NCBI GenBank assembly: GCA_965226215.1
Contig: CBDDCH010000001.1
Coordinates: forward strand, 666,251 to 730,250
Source of the DNA: Bryobacterales bacterium
GTDB lineage: Bacteria > Acidobacteriota > Terriglobia > Bryobacterales > UBA6623
Reading direction: 5' to 3'
DNA: 64,000 nt
In this document: positions 21,286 to 28,897 of the stretch, piece after piece
Numbering within the stretch: the first letter of the stretch is position 1
Layout of the letters: each line of letters opens with the position of its first letter
Made by a program: the position numbers and the translations under genes
Notes under the pieces: model-generated
Database searches by the model: none
Told to the model about the DNA's origin: nothing
Seen by the model: the letters and a program-made list of their open reading frames with translations, nothing else

Positions 21286-22656
21286 ATTAGCCGCCAACTC
21301 TACTGTCTCGCCCTAGCCGCACTAGCGACAGCAGTCCCCGCCCTCTCCCAAAGCGACACGACCGGGACCGCCCAAGCTCGCATGGAGGAACTGGAACAGC
21401 GCATCGCGAAGCTCGAGGAAAGACTTCGCCGGATCGAAGCCGAGCCTAGCACAGCCGTAGAAGCACCGGCGTCAGAGGTTGCGGAGGAAGATGAATCTCC
21501 TGACCCAGTCCCGGTCGCGGCTGCCCCCCCCCACGAAGCCCCGCAACAAGTTATCGGCTCGGTACCGACAAGCACGCCGGAGGTCCCCGACGAAGGGCGG
21601 GATCTCGCGTCCTCGGAAATCAGGTTGCCTTTCTCCGGGTACATGGACTTCCACTTCAACAACGCACAAAACGAGCCCAGCCAGCTCGACATGCACCGCT
21701 TCGTGTTGCTGTTTGGGCACAGCTTTACTGATCGGATCCAGTTCTGGTCGGAGCTGGAACTCGAGCACGCGTTTGTTTCCGGAGAGGGCGAGTTCGGCGA
21801 GCTGGAACTCGAGCAAGCCTACCTCGACTTCCTCGTCAAGCCCTGGCTGAACTTCCGCGGCGGCATTCTGCTTGCCCCGGTGGGCCTCATCAACGAGCGC
21901 CACGAGCCACCGGCGTTCAACGGAGTGGAGCGGCCCTTCGTCGACACGGTCATCGTCCCGAGCACGTGGTTCGACTCGGGCGCCGGTATTTTCGGCGATC
22001 TCGGCAGGGGCTTCGTCTACAAGGCTTATGTCATGTCGCCCCTTGATGCCACCGCCTTCGACGCCGAGGAGGGCATCCGGGGCGGACGCCAGAAGGCATT
22101 TCAATCGGTCGTACAAAACACGGCCTACACCGGCCGGCTGGAATACCACGGGTTGCCTGGCCTCTCTTTGGGTAGCAGTGTGTGGTGGGGCAATACCGGT
22201 TTCAATCTCCCGGACATCAACCCCCGCGTCCGTGTCTTCGAGTTCGACGGCCGTTACCGCTTCTCGCGGTTCGATTTTCGCGGCCAGTTCGCTCGCGTCG
22301 ACATTACAAGGACCGATGAGATTAACTTCCTGACGCAGCTTCGTACAGGTGTCAATCCGAATATTGCGCGCGGGATGCGAGGGTTCTACTGGGAGTCGGC
22401 TTACCATCTTTTGCCCTTTCACTTTCCGCACGACTTCGTGGCCTTTGTACGCTACGAGAACTTCGATACCCAACACAGAATGGCGCCGGGCTTCCTGCCG
22501 CTCAGACAATTCGATCGCTCGGCATGGGTGATCGGGGGAACCTACTACCCTGAACCGGATGTGGCGCTGAAGTTCGACTACACGGTCCTGCGCAACCGGA
22601 GTTCGATCATCGAGGCGCATAACTCCCTCAACCTGGGGATCGGTTGGTGGTTCTGA
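21286..22656 (+). CDS. outer-membrane porin-like beta-barrel protein with N-terminal coiled coil
   Basis: The track ORF starts at ATG 21382 and has no signal peptide. The in-frame extension back to ATT 21286 (just after TAA 21283-21285) encodes (I)SRQLYCLALAALATAVPALSQS. The protein has alternating amphipathic strands and a C-terminal ...GIGWWF. Confidence 0.6.
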   Translation: MSRQLYCLALAALATAVPALSQSDTTGTAQARMEELEQRIAKLEERLRRIEAEPSTAVEAPASEVAEEDESPDPVPVAAAPPHEAPQQVIGSVPTSTPEVPDEGRDLASSEIRLPFSGYMDFHFNNAQNEPSQLDMHRFVLLFGHSFTDRIQFWSELELEHAFVSGEGEFGELELEQAYLDFLVKPWLNFRGGILLAPVGLINERHEPPAFNGVERPFVDTVIVPSTWFDSGAGIFGDLGRGFVYKAYVMSPLDATAFDAEEGIRGGRQKAFQSVVQNTAYTGRLEYHGLPGLSLGSSVWWGNTGFNLPDINPRVRVFEFDGRYRFSRFDFRGQFARVDITRTDEINFLTQLRTGVNPNIARGMRGFYWESAYHLLPFHFPHDFVAFVRYENFDTQHRMAPGFLPLRQFDRSAWVIGGTYYPEPDVALKFDYTVLRNRSSIIEAHNSLNLGIGWWF

Positions 22657-22670
22657 GAGGGCATCACGGG

Positions 22671-23132
22671 ATGAATTGGTTCCACTTCAAGCGGGAGCGA
22701 ACGCCCTTGAGCACTCGAGCCAGCATGCGTGGCGCGTTCTTTTGGCGACGATTCACGCTTCGCGGATTTCGGACCTCACTCCCGATCCTGTTGGCCATCA
22801 CCTTTGCCCTACCAGCCGTTACGACTGCCGAGCCGAAAGCCGCTGACCCGCCGGTCCGTGTGGTCAACATGCTGGCTGAGCGCTTTTTCTTCGTTCCTTC
22901 TCGTCTCAAAGTCAAGCAGGGAACGACCGTGGAGTTTCGAATTCGCAGCGCGGATACCAACCATGGGTTCCGCATCCGTAAAGCAGGTATTAATGTTGTT
23001 GTTCCCAAGCGCGGCAAAGGTCAGGCCAAGGTCATTTTCCATGCCAAAGAAAAGGGGCGCTATGACTTTGAATGCTCGAAATCGTGTGGGGCGGGCCATA
23101 GCATCATGCGCGGCACGATCATTGTGGAGTAA
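22671..23132 (+). CDS. CuA-type cupredoxin domain protein (COX2-like copper site)
   Basis: N-terminal signal/anchor. Ligand pattern DTNHGF ... CSKSCGAGHSIM equals H...C-x3-C-x3-H-x2-M, the CuA spacing of cytochrome oxidase subunit II. Confidence 0.7.
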   Translation: MNWFHFKRERTPLSTRASMRGAFFWRRFTLRGFRTSLPILLAITFALPAVTTAEPKAADPPVRVVNMLAERFFFVPSRLKVKQGTTVEFRIRSADTNHGFRIRKAGINVVVPKRGKGQAKVIFHAKEKGRYDFECSKSCGAGHSIMRGTIIVE

Positions 23133-23135
23133 TGG

Positions 23136-24311
23136 ATGAACGTAAAGATTGTGAGCGCGGGTTGGGCTTTGCTTTTCGTCGCGCCTCTGCTGTTCGGACA
23201 GTTTGGGCGTCGGTCGCTGCCCGGCAATCCCCTAGCGGGTATTACCGCCGAAGAGTTCGAGCGGTTCCGCCTCGGGCTAGAAGACTTTGTCGAGGTGGAG
23301 GACGCAGACGAGGGCCTGGGACCTGCCTTTAACGGACTGGGCTGCTCGCAATGTCATAACTCACCCGCCATTGGAGGGGTCAGTCCTGTTTCGGAGGTTC
23401 GCGCCGGTTATCTCGACGACGAGGGCGTTTTCCACGAGCTTGCCGGCGGTACTCTGTTTCACCTGTTTTCGATTCCCACCCATTTTTGCCAGCCTAAAAT
23501 TCCGGCCGAGGCGAACGTCATTTCTCGACGGATACCCGTTCCGCTGTTCGGCGCGGGGTTGATCGAAGCCATTCCCGACGAAACCTTGCGGGCTCTGGAA
23601 GACCCCGACGATCTCGACAATGACGGCATCAGCGGCCGCGCCGCCGTCATCACCGACGTGGGGACGGGCCGGGAGCGTGTTGGGCGCTTCGGTTGGAAGG
23701 CGCAGCATGCGACTTTGCTGGCCTTTGGGGCCGACGCGTATGTGAACGAAATGGGAATAACCAACGCGTTGTTTCCCAACGAAGTAACCACCGGGTTTGA
23801 CCCCGCGTTGCTCGAGTTTTGCGATCGGCGGCCCGATCCCGAAGACGCTCCCGATCCTTCGACCGGCCTGCGAGGGATCGACAACTTCGAAGCCTTCATG
23901 AAATTCCTAGCGCCGTTGGATCGCGGACCCGTCGACGACACTACTCGGCAGGGGGAAGCCGTTTTCGAGGCGGTCGGCTGCGCCGTCTGTCACATCCCGG
24001 TGTTGATGACGGGCCGAAGCTCGAACCCCGTCTTTGACAACAAGCCGGTGCCGCTTTACTCGGATTTGCTATTGCATACTGTCGCCACAGGTGACGGCAT
24101 CGAGCAAGCGGCCGCCGCCCCCAACGAGATCCGCACCCCGGCACTTTGGGGACTGCGACTTCGCCGTCCTTTCTTACACGATGGAAGCGCTGCAACCGTC
24201 GAAGATGCTATTCTTCGCCACGGAGCAGAAGCGGAACAGGCTCGCCGGAGCTTCCTCGATCTCACCCCGGAAGACCGCTCGGCGCTGTCGGCATTTCTCT
24301 CTTCGCTCTAG
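23136..24311 (+). CDS. di-haem c-type oxidoreductase, DUF1111 / cytochrome c peroxidase-like
   Basis: Signal peptide. Two CxxCH motifs (GCSQCH, GCAVCH) and the family-typical GRFGWKAQ block. The ATG lies 3 nt after the cupredoxin stop. Confidence 0.75.
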   Translation: MNVKIVSAGWALLFVAPLLFGQFGRRSLPGNPLAGITAEEFERFRLGLEDFVEVEDADEGLGPAFNGLGCSQCHNSPAIGGVSPVSEVRAGYLDDEGVFHELAGGTLFHLFSIPTHFCQPKIPAEANVISRRIPVPLFGAGLIEAIPDETLRALEDPDDLDNDGISGRAAVITDVGTGRERVGRFGWKAQHATLLAFGADAYVNEMGITNALFPNEVTTGFDPALLEFCDRRPDPEDAPDPSTGLRGIDNFEAFMKFLAPLDRGPVDDTTRQGEAVFEAVGCAVCHIPVLMTGRSSNPVFDNKPVPLYSDLLLHTVATGDGIEQAAAAPNEIRTPALWGLRLRRPFLHDGSAATVEDAILRHGAEAEQARRSFLDLTPEDRSALSAFLSSL

Positions 24312-24484
24312 TGCTTGGTTGCATAAGTTCACGATCGTTCATAGGCCGGCAATCCCTGGACCGCTCCCTCACGGTCGCGGCTCGGAAGGCTCTGCGAACA
24401 AACCACTTCCGGGCCAGACGGACGACCGTATGATCCTTCGGGAAAAGGCTTTTTAAATACGCTAACTTTGCAACCAAGCACTAG
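24308..24484. repeat. 177-bp unit bounded by a perfect 16-bp inverted repeat (MITE-like)
   Basis: CTAGTGCTTGGTTGCA (24308-24323) is the exact reverse complement of TGCAACCAAGCACTAG (24469-24484). The left arm begins in the stop codon of the DUF1111 gene. Confidence 0.4.
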
Positions 24485-24828
24485 CGGAACATCAAAAAAC
24501 GTGGCCTCGTGCCCGGCAAGGATCGGTTAGCCAAATGCACAGTGAGAACCGTGGCATCGTCCGGGCCCAGCCGAAGTCGAGCTTGCAGACGAAGATGCCG
24601 GTTCACCGGCAGTCTTCGCTAGGCCGGAAGGCGCTTCCTGGCGTGCGCCAACATCGATACCATCGAAGCGATCGCGATTCAACTCTCCAATCGTGCCGAC
24701 ACTTCGGCCTAGGCACTGAGCCAAGTGCTGAAGACTCCAAACCCAGAGGAGGTGGCTACAAATTCCGCTACACTAGGGAAGTTGCCATCCCAACCCAGCA
24801 GTTCCTAACCTATTGAAAACAAAACCAC

Positions 24829-24905
24829 GGGCGGTTAGCTCAGTTGGTTAGAGCGCCTGCCTTACAAGCAGGAGGCCACTGGTTCGAGTCCAGTACCGCC
24901 CACCA
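24829..24905 (+). tRNA. tRNA-Val (anticodon TAC), CCA encoded
   Basis: Hand-folded cloverleaf. Acceptor GGGCGGT/ACCGCCC, anticodon stem CCTGC/GCAGG, loop CTTACAA, T-arm ACTGG-TTCGAGT-CCAGT. Confidence 0.95.
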
Positions 24906-24914
24906 ATGTTTTCA
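24861..24914 (+). repeat. attL core (within the intact tRNA-Val 3' half)
   Basis: CTTACAAGCAGGAGGCCACTGGTTCGAGTCCAGTACCGCCCACCAATGTTTTCA, identical to 44706-44759. Confidence 0.85.
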
Positions 24915-24950
24915 GGGAGTTACGTGCTACCCGCTCGGCCCGACCCGCCA

Positions 24951-24971
24951 ATTGTGACGCAGATTGTGACG
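24951..24971 (+). promoter_or_regulatory. tandem arm-type integrase binding site candidates (attL side)
   Basis: ATTGTGACG-cag-ATTGTGACG followed by tAACCCC. The same block recurs at 44553-44580. Confidence 0.5.
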
Positions 24972-24994
24972 TAACCCCGCCCGACCGGCACATT

Positions 24995-26092
24995 TCAGTT
25001 CACCTCCGCGGCCTTCTCCAAGCCCTCCGACCTGACGCTCATCAGCCCCGAGGAGAGTTTTTCTACCGCCTCGCGCTTGGCCTTCATCCGCACGTGGCTG
25101 TAGTGCTCCAGCATGCGCCGCGACATGTGTCCGGCAATCGCCATCAGCGTAGCGTCCGGGGCTCCGGCTTTGGCCAACTCCGTGATCGCCGTGACCCTCA
25201 GATCGTGGAACCTGAAACGGTCAAGCCCGGCGGCCTTCCTAAGGTTCCTCCATGCGCTTCGCCAGCTCTTCTGATGACGAGTGGGGTCGATGTGCCCGTG
25301 CTCGCAGGCCGGGAAAACATAGTGCTCCGGGTCGGCGCATCCCAGCGCTTCCGCTCGTTTTCGCAGCCGAACCAGCGCCTCCACGGCGTCGTCATTCAAG
25401 GGAATCGTTCTTCGTCCCGTGTCGTTCTTGCTGCGCTCGACGGTCAGAACCTTTTTGAACAGATCCACGTTCAACCACTTGATATTTTTCAACTCCACCC
25501 CGCGGCAAGTGGTACTCACTGCCAATGTTGCCGCACAGTAGGCAACCATCCAACTTGGTCTCTGGCCAGCCGTGACGAACAGCCGCCTCTTCTCCTCTTG
25601 GATCAGGGCCCAGCCGATGTGCGAAGCCTCCGGGTAACGCGTGACGTCTTCGGCCAGCAGGTCCCAGCGCTTGGCCTTCTTCAGCATCCGCTGCACGACG
25701 CCGATCTCCATATTGATCGTGCGGCCGGAGATGCCTTGCCCCGCTCTTGCCTGTTGGTAAGCAGCGATGTCTTCGGCGGTGATTCGACCCAGCGGCCTGC
25801 TCTCAAAGTACTTCTTAAGCGGCACGAATCGTTCCTGCTCGAATTGGATCGTGCGTTCCGCGACGCGCTTCTCACGTTGCTGAAGGTATTGGGCCGCGGC
25901 CTCCTCGAAGGGCAGCCGGGCGTAGCCCTTGCCTGTCGGCGATCCGACCTTGCCCTCCTGAATCTTGCCGACGAGTTCCTTTTCCAGAGAGCGCGCCTCG
26001 CGGTGATCGGTTGTCTTGAGCGACTGGCGGTAGCGTACCCCGCACACGGTCACATCTGCCCACCAGGTCTTACCGCGTTTCCAAAGTGCCAT
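24995..26092 (-). CDS. int: tyrosine-type site-specific integrase
   Basis: Starts MALWKRGKTWWADVTVCGVRYRQSL at ATG 26092. Catalytic-domain residues (R in TTCRGVEL, HDLRVTAIT, GHMSRRMLEHYSH). Adjacent to the tRNA att site. Confidence 0.9.
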   Translation of the reverse strand: MALWKRGKTWWADVTVCGVRYRQSLKTTDHREARSLEKELVGKIQEGKVGSPTGKGYARLPFEEAAAQYLQQREKRVAERTIQFEQERFVPLKKYFESRPLGRITAEDIAAYQQARAGQGISGRTINMEIGVVQRMLKKAKRWDLLAEDVTRYPEASHIGWALIQEEKRRLFVTAGQRPSWMVAYCAATLAVSTTCRGVELKNIKWLNVDLFKKVLTVERSKNDTGRRTIPLNDDAVEALVRLRKRAEALGCADPEHYVFPACEHGHIDPTRHQKSWRSAWRNLRKAAGLDRFRFHDLRVTAITELAKAGAPDATLMAIAGHMSRRMLEHYSHVRMKAKREAVEKLSSGLMSVRSEGLEKAAEVN

Positions 26093-26093
26093 C

Positions 26094-26270
26094 TCACGTC
26101 CCCCTTTTACGCCTTGATCTCTTCTTGCCGCTTCCCTTCGGCCGGCCGCCCTTCTTGCCGTTCGCGCGGGCGATCTCCTGGATGCGTTCAAGCCCGAGGC
26201 GCTCCAGCCGGCTCTTGTAGCTGCGTTTGCCGAGCCACGAGGTGAAGCGTCGAAGTTCTGCTTTCGTCAT
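26094..26270 (-). CDS. small basic protein (58 aa) with AT-hook-like GRP motif, putative excision/recombination directionality factor
   Basis: Not in the ORF track because it is under 60 aa. An AGGA lies 7 nt before ATG 26270. Product MTKAELRRFTSWLGKRSYKSRLERLGLERIQEIARANGKKGGRPKGSGKKRSRRKRGT. Its stop lies 1 nt before the int ATG. Confidence 0.4.
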   Translation of the reverse strand: MTKAELRRFTSWLGKRSYKSRLERLGLERIQEIARANGKKGGRPKGSGKKRSRRKRGT

Positions 26271-26474
26271 GATTATATCCTAAAGTGTTTTGGTTATGAT
26301 TGCAAGAGCCTTCTTTCCACGCTTCTCGTCAGCTTTCCCGCCCCGGTTGTACGGACGTCGCTTTGGCTGAAGGCAATTCAAGGGACTGGCCCCGTGCGAG
26401 AGTAGCTCTTGGTGTCTGCTAGTAATGTTTCTGCACGCTGCCTAACATAAAGAGGCGGGCATGTACGAAAGCCA

Positions 26475-27152
26475 ATGCGAGAGGATACGAAATCGTCAAA
26501 GGCCGTCGCCACGAGAAAAAGGTCCCGCCTGCGTAAGAACATCAGCGGAAGCCCACCCACCAAAGCTGCCGACTCGCGTTGGACTAACTGGCTGAAGGAG
26601 CTTGATGACCTAGAGCCGAGGTGTCCGCGGGCTCAGGATTGGCTCGCATACAGCTACTTCATGTTTGCGCGCTACCCTCGTTTGCGTCCCCGCCTGCCGG
26701 CCAAACGAAGGCGCAAGGGGAGTGCCGCACTGGCCAGCGACCCACGACGTCTTTTGCTGGAATCGTGCCGCGAGACTTTTGAGCGCCAAGTGTCGAGTGT
26801 CGAGAAGGGCATCAAAGAGCATGATGTCGCGCGCAGGGTGCTGGACAGCCTGAACCGACTCCAGCGTAGGCAGCTGGCTGCTCTCGTGGTCGATACGGTT
26901 GCAGACCTTGAGAATTACATGGGGTATCAGTCGCAGCTAAAGGACCTAACTCGTCTCGCCAAGGAAGCCCGGCGTCTGAAGACGGCTAGGCGAAAGTTGG
27001 ACGAAGCTATAAACCCGCATTTCCAATTTGATTCAGGCCTCCCGACCTTCCAGCGGCCTTCAGCGTCTTTATTGATAGGGGTTCAAGCCCTGTCAGGACG
27101 CACGGAGGCCAACACCCGATGGGTGAAAAAGAAACAAAGCCGTTCCAGCTAA
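26475..27152 (+). CDS. hypothetical protein; 3' end probably runs into the IS1380 remnant
   Basis: 225-aa ORF with a basic N-terminus and coiled-coil-like middle. No motif recognised. The last codons overlap the IS1380-like segment that begins near 27.1 kb. Confidence 0.4.
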   Translation: MREDTKSSKAVATRKRSRLRKNISGSPPTKAADSRWTNWLKELDDLEPRCPRAQDWLAYSYFMFARYPRLRPRLPAKRRRKGSAALASDPRRLLLESCRETFERQVSSVEKGIKEHDVARRVLDSLNRLQRRQLAALVVDTVADLENYMGYQSQLKDLTRLAKEARRLKTARRKLDEAINPHFQFDSGLPTFQRPSASLLIGVQALSGRTEANTRWVKKKQSRSS

Positions 27153-27815
27153 CTTTCAATGGACTTCTCAAAGTCGATTTCCAAGGATCGCGAGTCACCT
27201 CCGACGGTGGCTTGATCCTGGTTCGGGAGTTGGACGAGCGACTCGGACTCGGGAAACTGATCGGCGAGCGTCTCACCGACTCCCGGCAAGGCATAAACAA
27301 GCAGTTCACGTTCGCTGATCTGTTGCGGCAGTCGGTCTACAGCCGCTTGGCGGGCTACGAGGACCTCAACGATGCTGAGCGTCGCCAAGGTCGAGCACCA
27401 CCAGGGCGAGCTGTTCGCGCGCGTCGGTTTTATCGTGACGAACATGAGCTTGCCAAGCCGCTCCGTGGTGCGCTTCTACAACAAGCGCGGCACGGCGGAG
27501 CAGTGGATCAAAGAAGGTAAGCAAGCGACGCACTGGACGCGGCTGTCGTGCCATCGCTTCCGGGCGAACGAGGTACGGCTACAACTCAGCGTGCTGGCCT
27601 ACAACCTGGGCAACTTATGGCGGCGGCTGGGACTGCCACCAAGGATCAAGAGCTGGTCGCTGACGAGCTTACAGCAGCGGTTAGTGAAGACGGGCGGTCG
27701 ATTGATCAAGCACGCGCGCTATTACTGGCTGCTCCTGGCCGAGGGGTATCTGAACCGCAGGCTGTTCGGCGACATGCTGCGTCGGATCTGGGCGCTGCCT
27801 GTGCCGGGTGGTTAG
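27119..27815 (+). pseudogene. IS1380-family transposase, internally deleted and frameshifted
   Basis: The N-part (GSRVTSDGGLILVRELDERLGL...YEDLNDAE) and C-part (VAKVEHHQGELFARVGFIVTN...RLQLSVLAYNL...) align to the two ends of the intact transposase at 51779-53224. The central DDE region is missing, with the junction near 27370. Confidence 0.75.
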
Positions 27816-27868
27816 GGCCGTCCCGTTTAGATAGGAAATCTGAGCGTTGAGAAAGGAGGGTCGGAGGG

Positions 27869-28462
27869 GTGTGCGACCAATCGGCTGAGCAGCAGCGAGA
27901 CGCGTTCACCGGGCGACAAGAACAGGCCATGGGAACCCTTGGATGCCGTTGTGGCCCGCCTTACGAGGCAAAGTCGTTGCCTTCAGGAGAAGAGAGGGAG
28001 TACCATGTTCGAGTCGGGGTTCCAAATCGGAAATTCTGGATAAAAGCGCTCAGGGCCGTTCGGCAGCGCGCGTCAAACTTGCATCCCACTCTGGGCAGTG
28101 ACTTGGTATTCGCGGCGGAGCGCGCCATCGCAATAGTGACCTCGGAGCATTACCGCCACACACCCGAGTCACTTCACGCGCTCCGGAAGGAACTCATCAA
28201 ACATAGTTCCGAGTACTGCCCCTCCCTTGATCATCCAGCGACGTTCGGAATGGTGCAGCTGTACTGGTTCTTTCGGCATGAGTGCGGACTTTCCGGCAAC
28301 GAGTCAGAGGTGCGGGCCTCTCTGGTCCGAAACGGATTCTGGCCTCCCTTGGCAAAGCCAATCAAAGTGAAACTTCATTACTCCGACGCGGAATCGCAAG
28401 GCTCCACAACGGTTCGGCAGGCGGTTGCAAACTTCGGTCGCGACCGGGGCAAAACCTCGTAA
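27869..28462 (+). CDS. hypothetical protein
   Basis: 197-aa ORF with plausible composition. No motif recognised. Confidence 0.4.
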   Translation: MCDQSAEQQRDAFTGRQEQAMGTLGCRCGPPYEAKSLPSGEEREYHVRVGVPNRKFWIKALRAVRQRASNLHPTLGSDLVFAAERAIAIVTSEHYRHTPESLHALRKELIKHSSEYCPSLDHPATFGMVQLYWFFRHECGLSGNESEVRASLVRNGFWPPLAKPIKVKLHYSDAESQGSTTVRQAVANFGRDRGKTS

Positions 28463-28559
28463 CAAAATCCCACCAGTTTTCTTGCACCTTGCCTCTTACG
28501 CGGGGGCCACCGTGCGCTTAGCATGGTCCTGTAAGAAGAAGTTCCACTAAGGAGGATCT

Positions 28560-28832
28560 GTGCCTCAGATCCACGATGAACGCGGAGCCGCCCGGTATCT
28601 CGGTTGCTCCGCAGCGCTCCTGCGTCGCATGCGCCGTGAGGGTCGCGGACCGCGTTGGACCCGAGTCGGTCGGCTCGTTAGGTACCCAGAGCGCTGGTTG
28701 AGTGAATACATCGAAGCCCAGGCCGTTCCGAAGAGCTACAACTCGGGGAGCAAAGCGCGGTGCTCAGACGAGGAACCCGATGACAGGGCGGGGAAGGATA
28801 CTACGCCGAGCAAGCCCACCCCCCGGAGTTAA
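28560..28832 (+). CDS. helix-turn-helix DNA-binding protein (excisionase/MerR-like HTH)
   Basis: AAGGAGG lies 5 nt before the GTG at 28560. Motif AARYLGCSAALLRRMRREGRGPRWTRVGRLVRYPERWLSEYIE. Confidence 0.65.
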   Translation: MPQIHDERGAARYLGCSAALLRRMRREGRGPRWTRVGRLVRYPERWLSEYIEAQAVPKSYNSGSKARCSDEEPDDRAGKDTTPSKPTPRS

Positions 28833-28897
28833 CGGCTTGCTGGCAGCGGGTCTTCTATGGGCCCTCGCATTATGTCAGCTCCCTCGGCATCACCTGA

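Noticed and set aside
21230-21290. Fur box in the AT-rich tract
   Set aside because: The best by-eye alignment to GATAATGATAATCATTATC is only about 11/18. It is kept as an unspecified operator candidate rather than called as Fur.
21472-22620. 382-aa antisense ORF covering the porin-like gene. Similar long antisense or off-frame ORFs occur at 25094-26245, 35001-36347, 51791-52882, 42299-43105 and 16096-17025.
   Set aside because: All lie opposite to, or out of frame with, genes that have recognisable motifs. They are rich in Arg/Gly/Pro/Ala and lack any motif. Long spurious ORFs are expected in high-GC DNA.
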